The notes: generated by a model from the letters alone, not told the origin. A stretch of 64,000 nucleotides of DNA from Hydrolagus colliei (GCA_035084275.1 CM068742.1:123938001-124002000), one strand, 5' to 3'; positions 37,956 to 51,373 are shown, counted from the stretch's first letter. A program made the numbers and translations.

Positions 37956-39412
37956 GTAATCTTTGGAACTTCATCCCCAATATAATTGTATCCCTTGGGT
38001 ATTTGGTTATTTTAGTCTGTATCGATCCTTAGATAAAGAGATGTGAAAAACTCTTACAGTTTGACTACACCTAAATATAACATAATAGAAAAAGTGTTCC
38101 GCAGGAAATGGGTAGCATTATTCCCACCCAAGATTGCCTTCAAAGAATGGTTTACTTACAGAAAATCATTTTTCTGGCAGGAATATTAATACAGCACAGG
38201 TACTACTATTTTCCTAAGAAAAATATTTTCAATCCTAAAATTTAGAAAAAAAGGGAAATGAAGGATGAAAGTTAATTTCTGTTATTTAACTATTTCAAAT
38301 GAAACATTATTAGACAATGTAAAACCAGATCATCCTATCTGACATGTGAAATATACCTTCTGTGGACTTTTGCAACAGCATTCTAATTCCTGGAAAGGTT
38401 CTGCATCAATACATCCCAAATCCCAAAGAGAGTTCCAAAATTCTCATCCATCCTCACACTTGCAAATTTTAAAGATGGTTGGTGTCACTCCAAGACTCCT
38501 TCCTCCTTCTCTGTAAGGAACAAAACAATCACTGTGCCCTTTACTCATTGTGCACCTTTTGCTGCATCCTCTAAAATTCCTGCCTGATTTTCTCACCATT
38601 AATTCATGGGTACTGAGGTCAACTAGCGAGCTCCATCTCTGATAACTCAGCAAAGAAATAGAAACCTTAAACTCTAATGCTTAATGCTACACTAAGTGGA
38701 CTAAATGTGTGTCATCCTTGCTCAACGTTTAGCACTCTTGCCTCTGAGTCAGAAATTTGTGAGATCAAGCTCCATATTGGGACTTGGAATCACATAATCT
38801 AAGCCAATTTACTCTAAACTTTTGGCTGCTGAGGGCTGGATGTCCTATTTGAGAAATGTTTGCAGGACCCTTAAACAATATTTTTCTGTTTCCTTTCCAG
38901 AAACATAACATTTACAGGTTATGAAGGAAGTGGGTGGGCAGGCCAGAAATTGAGTGGGAGCAGGGGGCGGAAGTTGAAATCAGTCTGTAGGCTGATTGGT
39001 AGGTCCAATCGGACCACCCTGGTCTATGCTGACTTTCCTGTTCAGGTAGATGTTAAGAATACAATGGCACTCGAAAGGAGAAGGGAGTTTCTTCCTGGTC
39101 TTCTGGTTATTAATTGGTCACTCACAGCATGGCTGTTGTTTGCCAAACTAGCTTCTGAGTTTCAAGTTTCTGAATCCTTGCTTAACATTACAGTTGCGGT
39201 CACGAAAAGTGTGACTTTAAGTGAAACAACATTAATTGAATCCGCACAAGGATACCGGATGTTCATCGTTTATGTTATGCCTACGCTAAAGTAGTTTGTT
39301 TCAACCCGCAATATTAAATGATCAGGGGAATGCCTAACTAATTTATCAATTAAGGATTCTTTACAACTATAATACTTTTATGATGTTGAGTTTGAAGCTT
39401 CCTTTTTTTTAG

Positions 39413-39548
39413 GAGCATCCACCAAAACCATCAATAGACTGGTTAACAACTAGCAAGTGGAATTCATGTTGCGATCTTGAAGACACACTGACATGCTTTA
39501 AAGGACTGCAAGAGGAAATCATTGCAACATCAGTATTTTTCACCATAG
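39413..39548 (+). CDS. DNAH6: DNAH6 exon w21 (EHPPKPSIDWL...CCDLED...FFTIG)
   Basis: tttag|GAG, ATAG|gtgat; missed by ORF track. Confidence 0.9.
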
Positions 39549-39755
39549 GTGATTTGTAAAAGCATTAATTTTACCCTACCCACAGAGAGGCATTTTTTGT
39601 AAATTGTAAATTATTCTCTTGCTTTCTTATTTTTTTACAAAGTAGTTATGTTTTTATCTAGCACTCATTGTATTTATTATTATTACTGTAATTACAAAAA
39701 CTAATCAGAACTAGTTTATGGTTGTGACAGCAGTTGTAACGATGTGTTTCTTCAG

Positions 39756-39925
39756 GACGTCTTGAAATTGAGATCAACCCAAGGAAATGGAACGGATATG
39801 AGTTAACCTTATCACCATACGTACCAGGACTGCAAATTCCATCAGGCATCGTTGTTGGTCACTGGAATGAGAGGCTGTCTGAGTTTCAGAAATTAATTAT
39901 GACCAAATGTTTTATGGAGGAAAAG
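39756..39925 (+). CDS. DNAH6: DNAH6 exon w22 (RLEIEINPRKWNGY...WNERLSEFQKLIMTKCFMEEK)
   Basis: ttcag|GA, AAG|gtact; phase 1-0. Confidence 0.9.
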
Positions 39926-41029
39926 GTACTGTAATATTAATTATCTGAGAAATGTTTCATGAAAATGTTTAAGGAATGTTCAGCTACAGTGTATCTGATT
40001 CAGAAATCCTGAATTCACTTGAAACTAGTTTTGTTAATACTGTAGTACAGTAATTTGCCTGTTCTGATGCTGCTAAAAATAAAGTTTTGCAAGTAAGTTT
40101 TAGGATTCTGCTTTACAATTGTATGATGGCAATGTAGAAGCAAAACGATCGTCTGAAAGCAATGCTAACAATGTTCTATGAGTTAGAAAGCTATTGCTGG
40201 ATCCTTTAGCATAATGACAACTCAAGAAACGTATCCGTATAGTCTTAAAACTGCCCTATTTTACACCTCAGCACATAATAAATGTTGCTAAGATATAAAG
40301 TATAATATCCAAACAAAACGTATTTCAACTTTTTTTATAATACTGTACTTCAGTTTGATTTTGATCATTTTTTTCTAGGGAACAGATGATGATTTCTTAA
40401 TTATTTGTAACCAAAATATCATTGCTGTATGAAATCAAAATATGTAGATAAGATGTGAAAAGCGCTAAAACAAATGCAAGGATTATTATTGTGATAATTG
40501 TTTTAAATAATAGTACATTTATCCCAGATCTTTCAATATTCGATGGTGCAAGTATTTAAATTGGTGGAATATGGTATAAAGATATGGTACATTGGGCATC
40601 AACAAAAAAATTATTTACTGTCATTCTGCTGATGATCAGCAGGCGCTGTCCTTCATTCTATCGCCATAGCTGCCCCACCATCAAAAGTCAGATTTTCAGC
40701 CTACCAATCCATCAGTCATCAGCTGATCAGCATCCCAACCCATTTTAAGCACCAAGCCAGGACTCACAAGCACTTTGGGGCATCCTCCTGACATGAAAAT
40801 CCCTACATAAATGTAAATTTCTATTATGTGATGAAATATATTTTTCCATATTTCTCTGCCTTGGCGAATTTGTATCTGGATTTTGCTATGGTCAGTACTA
40901 TTTGTGATCTATTATTTGCCAGAAGACATGGTTGAAAGGGAAAAAAAAATGTACGTTGATCAATTTTCTCATTTCTGAATTCACTGGTTTTCCTTCTTGC
41001 TGGTATTTCTGCAAACCATATGCCTCTGG

Positions 41030-42310
41030 TGAGAAATCCTTGGTTCCCTCCTCATCCCATCCTACATGCTCTGCCTCAGTAACATCATCTGCAGACATGT
41101 GGTAACTTTCCACATGTACGCGGATGACACCCAACCCTATCTCTCTGCGTCCACCCGCAACTCCAGGACTGCTGGTGTCCTGACTGCCTGCCTGTCCAAC
41201 ATCAAGTCCTGGGTGAGAGCTAGCTTTCTTCAGTTGGATCTCAGCAAGACAGAGGCCTCCTGATTGACTCGCGCCAGCGCGTTTACACAGCAGGCACTGG
41301 CAGCATCAACCTCCATGGTTGTGCACTCAACGTCACCTAGCCTGTTAGGAACCTAGGTGTCTTGTTCGATTCTCAACTGTCTTCTTTCCCCCACATCCAA
41401 GCAATGCCTTCCCTCACCTCCGCAATATTGCCCGACTCCACCATTACCTTACTCCCACGGCCACTGAAACCCTCATTCATGCCTTCATTACATCCGGGCT
41501 TGACTACGCCAATGCCCTGCTTGTCGGCCTCCCCAATTCCTCCCTGCACAGGTTGCAGATAATCCAGAACTCTGTGGCCCGTGTCCTATACCACTCCAAG
41601 CTCTTCCACCCTACATCTGTGACCTCCTAACCCCATACCAACCTGCCCGCACCCTCCGCTCAGCAGTCTCCGGCCTGCTCCACGTCCTCCGACCCACTCA
41701 CCTCACCATTGGCAGGCGAGCCTTCAGCCACTCTGCTCCCAACCTCTGAAACTCCATTCCGCAGTCCCTCCGCCTTGACTACTCCCTGGCATCTTTCAAG
41801 TTCCGCCTCAAGACCTTCCTCTTCAACAGTCCCATCGGTCACTCCAAATCCCCCCCCTTTCCCTCCACCGTCGCCATCCCCGACCCTAGCTCTGATCTGA
41901 AATAATGATTGTCCAGCGCTTTGACACATCCAAATGACGTGCAAGGCGCTATACAAGTGTAATTTTGTTGTTGTTGCCCCCTTCGTACCTGTCTGACCTG
42001 TTGACTCTCTACCAACCTGCTCTCCTCCACTGTTCAGCAGGCTCCGGTCTGCTCCATGTCTCCTGTACAACCTGCCTTACTATCTGCCCCCACACTCTGG
42101 TACTCCATTCCACAGTCTCTTCGCCTCACTTCCTCTCTTGCCTCCTTCAAAGCCGGTGTCAAGACCCTCCTTTTCTATCATGCCTTCTGCCCCCTCCCAC
42201 CTCTCTACCTCCCCTCTCCCCTCCCCCATTCTCGGGTTCCAACCTCTGACTGTTCAGCACCTTGCGACATCCGCCCGACATGAAAGGCGCTCTGTAAATG
42301 TAATTTTGTT
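41030..42310 (+). mobile_element. Two tandem L2 LINE 3' fragments
   Basis: FHMYADDTQ (RT YADD) and LQLDLSKTE motifs; two L2 tails ending near 41975 and 42310. Confidence 0.88.
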
Positions 42311-42785
42311 TTTCATCTGCAGTTTGTAACATGTCCTGTATTCTGAAAGACAACTGAAATGTGGAATGTCAAATTTTGCTCTGCAGTTTATTGTACGGAA
42401 GTTAAATTTGGTTTAGAGCAAGCTGATGCTGGAAATTGTGCACTAGTATGTTCCTAAAACCATGTGAAAGTTTATTTTATTTTACTGATAGATATAGAGG
42501 ATTGAAGAATTTTATTATTGGCAGACAAGCATAATTTTTTTTCAGCAAATTGACATTGCTTATGTTTAAATAAAAAAATCTATCTAGATTTTCCCCCCTT
42601 TTCATGAAATCTCAGTGCCAAAAATGTTCTACTGCTCATGTTTTCTTTCATGTATTTGTTCTTGCACAAACAATCTCGCCAGTCACATGTGCAGTTTCCT
42701 GTAGCAATTAGACTTTAGGTAAATTCATCACTAAAACAAGGTTAGCAAATGCGGTAATAGAGAACATCTTCTCGTATTATCTCGT

Positions 42786-43411
42786 GGAGTATTGTAGCTC
42801 AGTGGTTAGAGCACTCGCCAAGCAAACGAGAGACTTGGGTTCAATTCCAGGCAGGGCGAAAACTCGGGCTTGTTTACCTTACTCCACACGCCTGATAATA
42901 ATCCCTTAAAAAAAATGTAAATAGGTCATTTCAATCCACAACTGTTTGTGGGACACTGCTGTGCACAATTGGCTGTTGTGTTTCACCCACAAGTATACAT
43001 ACAGTCAGTTCACTTTTTCCCTTACTTCCTTTCCCCACTTTCTCTCCCCCCTTTTCCCCTTCTCTCCCTCTTCCTTCTTGCCCCCCTCTCTCCCTTGCAC
43101 CCCTCCCCTTTTCCCCACCTTCATCTTCCTTTCCTCTTTTCCCCCTTTCTCCCCTGGCCCTATTTTCATGACTGTTTGTGGGACACTGCTGTGCGCAATT
43201 TGGCTGCTGCGTTTTCGCCCACAAATATACAAATAATTTTCCTACTTTCCTTCCCCAAACACTGTGAAGCACTTTTGGACATTGATAAGATGTGGAAAGC
43301 GCTATATAAACTTAAGCATTACTTACTTACTTACTTACTATATTCTGTGAAGCGCTTTGAGATGTCTAGAAGACGTGAAAGCACTATATCAAATACAAAG
43401 ATTATTATTAT
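42786..43411 (+). mobile_element. tRNA/Deu SINE interrupted by a family C insertion (43017-43338)
   Basis: SINE halves 42786-43016 and 43339-43411 are colinear with other copies; the insert ends in (TTAC)n. Confidence 0.82.
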
Positions 43412-44185
43412 CACTCTCTGGTAGTGTGGAAGTAAAGAATACTAGACCTTGCATGTACTGGCTACTTACCTGTGGCAACATGTAAGGTTGCTGGAATATT
43501 TGAATTTGGAATACTAGAATACTCAAGATATGATGCATTCGGTATCAACTATATGCATCTTTGTTGTTGTTGTCCCATGCCATTGTGCAGAGATGTCTGT
43601 ACATTGACACGGTGTTATAGCAAACAAACATTTGTTTGGTATCCTGAGGGGTAAGTAGCTGCTGCTCAAGCTCCGCACCTCCAACTGCTCAGGGGCATGA
43701 ATGTGTGTGATCTGCTGGCAGGAGAATGGAGATATTTCTCTCTTACGTTTCATGATGAGTTGTGCTGCCCTCCAGGAAGTGCTCAGTAGTACCAGGTATC
43801 TGCTATCCACCTAGTGAAAGCTTAAATCTATAATTGTCAGATGTCAAATGACAGTGGCTGTCCTCCTTGGAGTGTAGGTGTGGGGTAAATGGTGTCGCCT
43901 CAGGTATGAGATAGTTACAAGGTGACACAAGCGATAATGGAATATTGGAATTGAGTTCTCTTTCGAAATATGAATAGCTACGAGTTGTTCTCTTTTAAAT
44001 CATTTTCCAATTGGAAGGTTTGTACTTTAGGCATCTTTAAGATATTAATATCACTGACAACATTTGTGTATCCAAAACTACTTTGTTGGCATTTACAATT
44101 TCATCTACCAATGAAGCAAAATAGATCAGAGATTTTATCTGGATTCTCGAAAATAAAATAGCGAATGTTTTCTGCTTTATTTTAG

Positions 44186-44376
44186 GTGGTGTTTGCAATC
44201 ACAGATTTTGTCATAGAAAAGCTTGGAATGGAGTTTGTCGAAAATCCTCCTGTGGATTTACCCACCCTCTACATGGACATGTCTTCTTCGACTCCCCTGA
44301 TTTTCATATTAAGTACTGGTTCTGATCCAATGGGTGCCTTCCAAAGATTTGCAAAAGAAAGAGACTACCTTTCCAG
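44186..44376 (+). CDS. DNAH6: DNAH6 exon w23 (AAA6; VVFAITDFV...[12 protein letters not shown]...YLSR)
   Basis: tttag|GTG, TCCAG|gtaag. Confidence 0.95.
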
Positions 44377-44419
44377 GTAAGTAAGTTCTGTGACAGTTTT
44401 TCCCAGATATTTTTTCTTG

Positions 44420-44670
44420 ACCAAGGGTGAGCCTTCAGCCTCTCTGCCTCCAACCTCTGGAACTCCATCCTGCACTCTTGCCACCTCAACCCCTCCCTGA
44501 CCTTCTTCAAGTCCCACCTCTTCAACGGTCCCCTTGGTCACCCCAAATCCCACCTTTTCCCTCCACCCTCCTTGTCCCCAACCCCAGCTCAAGTCTAAAA
44601 CAATGGCTGTCTTGGGATGTCCTTCTGATGTGAAAGGTGCTATTCAAGTGTAATTTTGTTGTTGTTTTTG
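44420..44670 (+). mobile_element. L2 LINE 3' end
   Basis: gccttcagcc..ctctggaactcc..cacctcttc followed by tail. Confidence 0.8.
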
Positions 44671-45258
44671 TTGGCTAGAGTGCAATTATCCGCTAATCTG
44701 TTAACAATGTCAACTAATCCATTTAAAGCAGACTATCTTTGCAATAAAATATTTACCAACCCACTCTTTGCTTTGGGTGAGGATAGAAAGTTAATAAGAA
44801 TTAATTTGTCCTGCTCCCAATAGGTTTCCCCTGGATTCAAAAGATCTGTATGTATGCGTATATAGCATCCCCAACAACTGGTTCTTTTTCATGTCTGTCA
44901 AATGTCTCTTTAATAATATTAGAAACAAATCCCTTAAAAGTTTGTCGTTGACCAGTCCAGAATGTTGGATAGGACTCCTTACGAGGAATGATCAAGTTAT
45001 TTTGTCTTGATATCTTCACAAATTCAGGGGTGAAAATTTATTTGTGTCTGAAACAACCTGTTCATCAGTTTTAACACTTATTTCTCTCTTATCAAGACCT
45101 AATTTCTCTTGAATAAATCTGGAGCTGACCAAATAGTGTATGTTCCTCGTAGCCAAAGCATTACACTTTTATCTACCTATGAAGCCCACATGTCACCAGT
45201 TCTGGCCAGGCTCCATTGGCTGCCCATCAACAAATGGATCGACTTCACAATCCTCACA

Positions 45259-45540
45259 TGGAGTCCTGTAGCTCAGTGGTTAGAGCGCTTGCCTTACAAG
45301 CAAATGACCTAGGTTCAATTCTAGGCAGGGCAAAACCTTGGATAAGTTTCCATACTTATTTTTTTTAATTGGTTATTTCAATCCATGACTGTTTGTGGGA
45401 CACTGATGTGCGCAATTGGCTGCTGCGTTTCACCCACAGAATAGAGTCAATTCACCCTACAGTATATTCTGTGATACGCTTTGAGATGTCTAGAAGACTT
45501 GGAAAACTCTATTTCAAATGCAAGGATTATTATTATTATT
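45259..45540 (+). mobile_element. tRNA/Deu SINE inserted in an L2 fragment
   Basis: Complete head and tail; L2 sequence resumes after the (TTA)n tail. Confidence 0.88.
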
Positions 45541-45792
45541 GCTCGTGTTCAAATCCACTCATTCCCCGGCAACTCCCAACCTCTCAGACACCCTCACTCC
45601 GCAATCCACCACTCGTCGTCTCTGCTTGACTCGCACTGAGGAGGATAATCTTATAAATTTCTATTGTACATGATTCTGATGTTTGTTTTATCATTAGTTA
45701 CCTTATTTTTGCAAAGTTTATGGCTACATTAGGATCATCTGCTTACACTTGTCTAGAAGTGTGTGTTTATGCCCTAATGTTCTTGTCTACAG

Positions 45793-45953
45793 GGTACAGT
45801 CCATTTCCTTAGGACAAGGACAGGGGCCCATTGCTGAAAAAATGATCAAAGGCGCTATGAAATCAGGAAATTGGATATTTCTTCAAAATTGTCACCTTGC
45901 AGTTTCTTGGATGTTATCCATGGAAGAATTAATCAAGACATTCACAGAACCAA
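45793..45953 (+). CDS. DNAH6: DNAH6 exon w24 ([14 protein letters not shown]...[16 protein letters not shown]...TEP)
   Basis: tacag|G, CCAA|gtatg. Confidence 0.95.
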
Positions 45954-45964
45954 GTATGTATAAG

Positions 45965-46330
45965 TATTAGTGTTTAAATCCTTCCACTCCTCAGCAACCC
46001 TCTACCTCTCTAACCTCTTGTCACTTCATAGCAGTACCTGCTGCCTCAGTTCTACTGGGTCCAGCCTCCTCCTTGTCCCCCCCAATTCTTACGCTCCATC
46101 ATCGATGGCCATGCTTTCAGCACCACACCACACAACTTTGGAACTCTGTCCCTCATCCGCTTCGCCTCAACCCCTCCTTCCCCATTTTGAGGTCACAACT
46201 GAAGATCTTTCTCTTCGACCGCACTTAGGTCATATTCCCCCCTCCCACTGGATCGGCCTTGGACTCTGACATTAAGTGCTCTGACATTAAGTGCTCTGAG
46301 ATGCTGCCCAGCGTAGAGTTGTTGTTATTC
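45965..46330 (+). mobile_element. L2 LINE 3' fragment
   Basis: Homologous to 21130-21490. Confidence 0.78.
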
Positions 46331-47504
46331 CATAACCATATGGATTTTCTTTTTTATTTTCTACTTGTCCCATTTGGCCCACCAATGCTCATTATTCTTG
46401 TCCAGGGATTGACAACTTGACTATTCTGTGCATGAGTAATGTGGTCCCAAGCAGCTCATGGGCCACAAATTGGCCATCCCTGCTTCAGTACATTAACTAT
46501 TCCTAACCTAACACAAGTTGTATTTTGCATATAGTATTTGTAATATTTCTACCTCTGTTACTTTTGCTTGTTTTTCAAAAGATTTATCACTCTTTGTTTT
46601 AAAAAAAAATTCCCCAGATATATGTTCTAAATTTACATTGTTTTTACATTGTGTATCTCACTTTCTTTCTTACCTGAATGCACTTGAGTTTATTTTATCT
46701 AAAGATTGATTCCTTCATATACTCCAGTTAGGCCGAATTTCCACTTTCTCCCAGACAAAAAAGATAATGCCTCTTTTACACTAAAAGGGTAGTACAGTAA
46801 GTAGTTTGCTTTAAGTAATGTAATTTTGATACCGAAGAGTACTATTGTGTTCAACAGCTGCTACTAAATATTGTTTCTAATGTTCAAACTGAAGACAGAA
46901 AGTGAACTTCAGATACATTTGAAAATTGGAAGTATTAGATGGAGGCCTCTTGATGTTTGATTCCTTAGGAGAAATAGTTTGGTAGAGAGAACTCCAGCAG
47001 TACTGTACTTTTTTCTCTCCTTAACATTCTCAGCAAAATCTACTTGAAGCAAATCAGATTTAAAGCAAGTTCAACTTTTTATTTCAGCAGTCTGTTTTCC
47101 GATGATTAATCTTGAAAGAATTGTTATTCTGTTGATCTTCATTGATTAAACAGATGTTATTTTTATGTGGCCTATGCATTGTAATTTAATCCACAAAACG
47201 TAATGTAGATTCACTCAGTTCTTTAATTCAAATTTTACAGGTCAATCACTTTCAAATCAACTTCTTTCACACTCTCTTTCAAATCAACAAGTCACTCTTC
47301 CCAGAATCAGTTTGTATTTGCATATCCATACTCAATTACCACTTATGTCATTAAAGCAATATGCAACAGCCTACACCTGAATCAAAAAGGTCCTGATTTT
47401 ATTTACTATTTATTTGAAAACTAATGGGCAGAATTTGTTTCTGTATATAAATGTTATATGAAGTGTCTTTATAACTTATCTTTAATATGTTTGCTCTTCC
47501 CTAG

Positions 47505-47593
47505 ACACTGTTATTCATGAGAACTTTCGATTGTTCCTAAGTTCAATGCCAAGTCGGACATTTCCTGTCACAGTTTTGCAAAATTCAGTTAAG
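47505..47593 (+). CDS. DNAH6: DNAH6 exon w25 (TVIHENFRLFLSSMPSRTFPVTVLQNSVK)
   Basis: cctag|AC, AAG|gtaat; missed by ORF track. Confidence 0.93.
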
Positions 47594-48639
47594 GTAATGG
47601 ATTCTGAAAAACAACAGTGTTTCATTACAGTCAGCAACAATTCTAGTGCTTGTTTTGTATTGCAGAACTATTCTTACTAAACTGATTAAACTGAAAGTTT
47701 TTAGTCAACCATAAAGTACCCCTAGAATGGTTCAAAAACATAATCATAATACAACAACAACAACAAAATTACATTTGTATAATTTGTTGTTGTTATCTTT
47801 CACGTTGGGAGAACGTCCCCAAATTACTATTGACTTAAAAGACAAATTATATCCGATATCCTAATTGTTTCTGGCTTCTTCCCTGGATTTGGACCAAATT
47901 TTGGTGTCAGTCTGCTCACTTGGTAGCACATTTAGCTTCAAGTCAGAATGTTGTCAGTTCAAGCCCTATACCTGGACTTTGAACTCTGATAGACCGATAT
48001 TCCAATACAGTGCTGAGGGACTGTTGCATTGTATTAGGTATGTCGTTTGGATGAGACTTGCAAGTTATTTTGAAAAACAATATGGCTCTTTTCAATACTT
48101 TTGAAGGCATAACTTTTTAATGTACTTTGTTTGTTAACTTCTGTTAATTCATTATATATATATATTTTTAATTAACTTTTGTTAATTAACTTTTGTTTGA
48201 CTGTTTTCTAAAGTTGTATAGATTGGTCTTGTTCACAAAATATACAGTCAATTCACTTTACAATATATTCTGTAGAGCACTTTGAGACTTCTCAATGGTG
48301 TGATAAGGTATTATCAAGTGCAACTATTATTATTATTATCATCTTTGAAATAAACTAAAATAATTATTTTAGACTTGAGGTTTACAACTCAAATTCAGTT
48401 CCTTTTTGACACCCCTATGGTAAAACTGAAGTAAACATACAAAATGATGCACCATTCATTGTTCACTGGTTTCTTCTTTGCAATTAAAAAAAATAATATC
48501 AGAAGAAATGGATATTCTGTTGTGATGTCCATTTCATTGTTAGCTGGTAAGCAAAATTTTGCCTGTCAGCTGGAGGAAAGCAGTAAATTTGGATACAATT
48601 GAAATGGGTGAAGAATTAACAACAGATAATCTTCTTCAG

Positions 48640-48786
48640 GTTACCAATGAACCTCCAAAGGGACTTCGTGCCAATATCCGACGAGCTTTCACGGAAATTA
48701 CAGGCTCTTTTTTTGAGGACCACATCTTGGGCAGGGATTGGAGAAAGATCATATTTGGCATTTGTTTCTTCCATGCTATAGTTCAG
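48640..48786 (+). CDS. DNAH6: DNAH6 exon w26 ([12 protein letters not shown]...CFFHAIVQ)
   Basis: ttcag|GTT, CAG|gtatg. Confidence 0.95.
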
Positions 48787-48864
48787 GTATGTTTTTGCTG
48801 AAGTTAATGACCATCAGACAGCCACATATTTTATTTGGAATGTTACTTGAAATAATGTGTGGAG

Positions 48865-49627
48865 TAGGGTCCACCGATATGGAAATTTTCTGATTTAGAT
48901 ATATCGATGTGCTCATATCGAGATATACTGAAATATCGATATATTCGGGGTTTTGTACTGCGCATGCGCGTGCGTCGCGTCCTCAGGGGGGTAAATATCT
49001 CTCTCTCTCTCTCTCTGTGTGTCTCTCACACTCACTCTCTCCATCTCTGTGTTTTTCTGTCTGTGTCTCCTCTCTCACACCCCCATCCCATCTCTATCTA
49101 TCTGTCTGTATATTACCACATCCGCCCCATCTCCCCCCACCCCGTCTCTCACCCCCGTCTCTCGCCCCCCATCTCTCTCCCCCCCCACCATCTCTCTCCC
49201 CCCCCTCCGCCGTCTCTCCCCCCCCCCCCCCCGCCGTCTCTCTCTTCCCCCCCCGCCGTCTCTCTCTCCCCCCCCACCGCGTCTCTCTCTCCCCCCCGCC
49301 GTCTCTCTCTACCCCCTCCCCCCCGCCATCTCTCTCTCCCCCACCGCCGTCTCTCTCTCCCCCCCTCCCCCCAGCCGTCTCTCTCCCCCCACCCCTTGCA
49401 TACCTGTATATTGTATTCGAGGACTATGAATACAATATGGCGGCTTTGCACCTCGGTCTATTGTGTATAGAGATGAGTATTCTGGGTCTTGTATTTCTGT
49501 GCGTGCGCATTCCGGTTTTTCGATAAATCGACTTTTTTGATATATCGATATTTTTTAAATGTCTTTATCGGCATATCGATATGAAAATTATATTGGATAT
49601 AATCGATATATCTATCGCCAGACCCTA
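48865..49627 (+). mobile_element. Non-autonomous hAT MITE, copy 4
   Basis: TAGGGTCC...GACCCTA ends; TSD GTGTGGAG on both sides. Confidence 0.9.
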
Positions 49628-49630
49628 GTG

Positions 49631-49870
49631 TGGAGCCTTGTAGCTCAGTGGTTAGAGCAGTCACCCTACAACTTAGAGACCTGGGTTCAATTCCAGGCAG
49701 GGTGAACCATTGGGTAAGTTTCCTTACTCCACATGCTTAATAATAATCCCTCAAAAAAAATTTGGTCATTTCAATTTACGACGGTTTGTGGGACACTGCT
49801 GTGCGCAATTGGCTGCCACGTTTCTGCCACAAAATACATAGTTAATTCACTGTACAGTATTTTCTGTGGG
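49631..49870 (+). mobile_element. tRNA/Deu SINE, 3'-truncated, followed by CR1 fragments (about 49870-50430)
   Basis: A box tagctcagtggtt, B box gggttcaattcc, Deu core. Confidence 0.85.
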
Positions 49871-50489
49871 CAGCTCCACAATATAAGGAGGCTGAGATGC
49901 TGTGCAGAGGAGAGCAACAAGGAATCTGAAATGCTAGAGGAATGAGCTGTTGAGTAACGATTAGACAAGCTAGAGCTATTCAGTCTTGAGCGAAGATAAC
50001 TCAGAGGCAATCTATTAGAGGTATTCAAAATGTTAAATAGGATTAAAAAATTAAACCCAGGTAAATATTTAGTTGCTATCTTGACAGTAGAACATGAGGA
50101 CATGGATTTAGAGTAGTAAAGGGCAACTTCAGGACAGATACCCTGGAAGTTTTTCTTTATGCAATGACTGCAACTGGTTTGCCAGGAAAGATGGTAGCGG
50201 CCAACAGACTGGACTTGTTTAAAAAAGCTGCTTGAAGTAGTGATGAGGAGATGATAGAGTGAGTGTACTGAAAGTATCAGATTGCAAGGGCCAAAAGGCT
50301 TTCTTACCTTGTTAGTAGTGTATCAACGGATATTGGGCAAAGGTGGGTAATTGGAGTTGAGGTACATATCGGCCATGATGTAAGAGAATGGCGAAACAGG
50401 CTTGATGGGCAGATGGCCTACTCCTATTCCTATGTTTGGACAGACAAATCTTATCAACTGTGATCTTTTTTCTGTGATTGTGTCCTTCT

Positions 50490-51055
50490 ATTGTCTCATG
50501 TGGCGTTCCTCCGAGCTCTGTCCTCAGTCCTCTCCAATATCTACATGCTCCCTTTAGGTGACAACATCCGAGACATGGGGTCAATTTCCGCATGTGTGCG
50601 GATGACACCCAACTCTATCTCTCTGCCTCCATCCTCGATTCTAGGACCATTCCTGACAGAATTTCTGTCAGACATCAAGTCATAGATGAGAATTAACTTC
50701 ATACAATTGAGCATTAACAAGACCGAGATCCTCCTGATTGGCTCCTGTCAGCGTCTCGACACCTCAGGTGCTGACAGTGTCACCATACAAGGATGCACAC
50801 TCCATCTCACTGAGCCAGTCCGGAACCTTGGTGTCTTGCTTGAGCCTCAACTGTTCTTTCTACCTCCCATTTGTGCCATGGCCCACTGCCTCCCCCACCT
50901 CTGCAACATAACCCTACAACATCCACCACCTGACCCACCATCACCAGTCAGGCCTTCTGCCCTATACCATCTCACAGTCCTTGTGTGTTGCTCCTTCCCT
51001 TGCCTCCTTCAAGGCACATCTCAAGATTCCCCTCTTCGATTGTGCCTTGGTTCAC
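50490..51055 (+). mobile_element. L2 LINE RT fragment with internal deletion
   Basis: NIYMLPLG, gatgacacccaactctat (DDTQLY), QLSINKTEILLIG, VRNLGV. Confidence 0.82.
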
Positions 51056-51234
51056 TTTTGGGGAAAAAAAATCTTTATTCAAAGCTTTCTGACAAAACTT
51101 TGGATCATAAGCGAGTTACTGAGCTTGGTGTGACAGCGATCGAGTATGCTCTATTCGCAAACTGAATCCATCAAGAAGTTTTCACCATGTATATTTTATG
51201 TGTGATCCAATATCATAATGCATTGTATCTTTAG

Positions 51235-51373
51235 GAAAGGAAAAAATTTGGTCCACTAGGCTGGAACATCCGTTATGAGTTCAGTGACAGCGATCGAGAA
51301 TGTGCTCTTCTCAATCTGAATCTATACTGCCAAAAAGGAAATATCCCTTGGGATGCCCTGGTCTACATAACTG
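51235..51373 (+). CDS. DNAH6: DNAH6 exon w27 ([23 protein letters not shown]...PWDALVYIT)
   Basis: tttag|GAA, ACTG|gtgag; missed by ORF track. Confidence 0.95.

Noticed and set aside
42786-42860. tRNA-Val(TAC)-like gene (also 33060-33133, 45259-45330, 49631-49700)
   Set aside because: These are SINE heads that continue into the Deu body and L2 tail and lack a proper acceptor stem.
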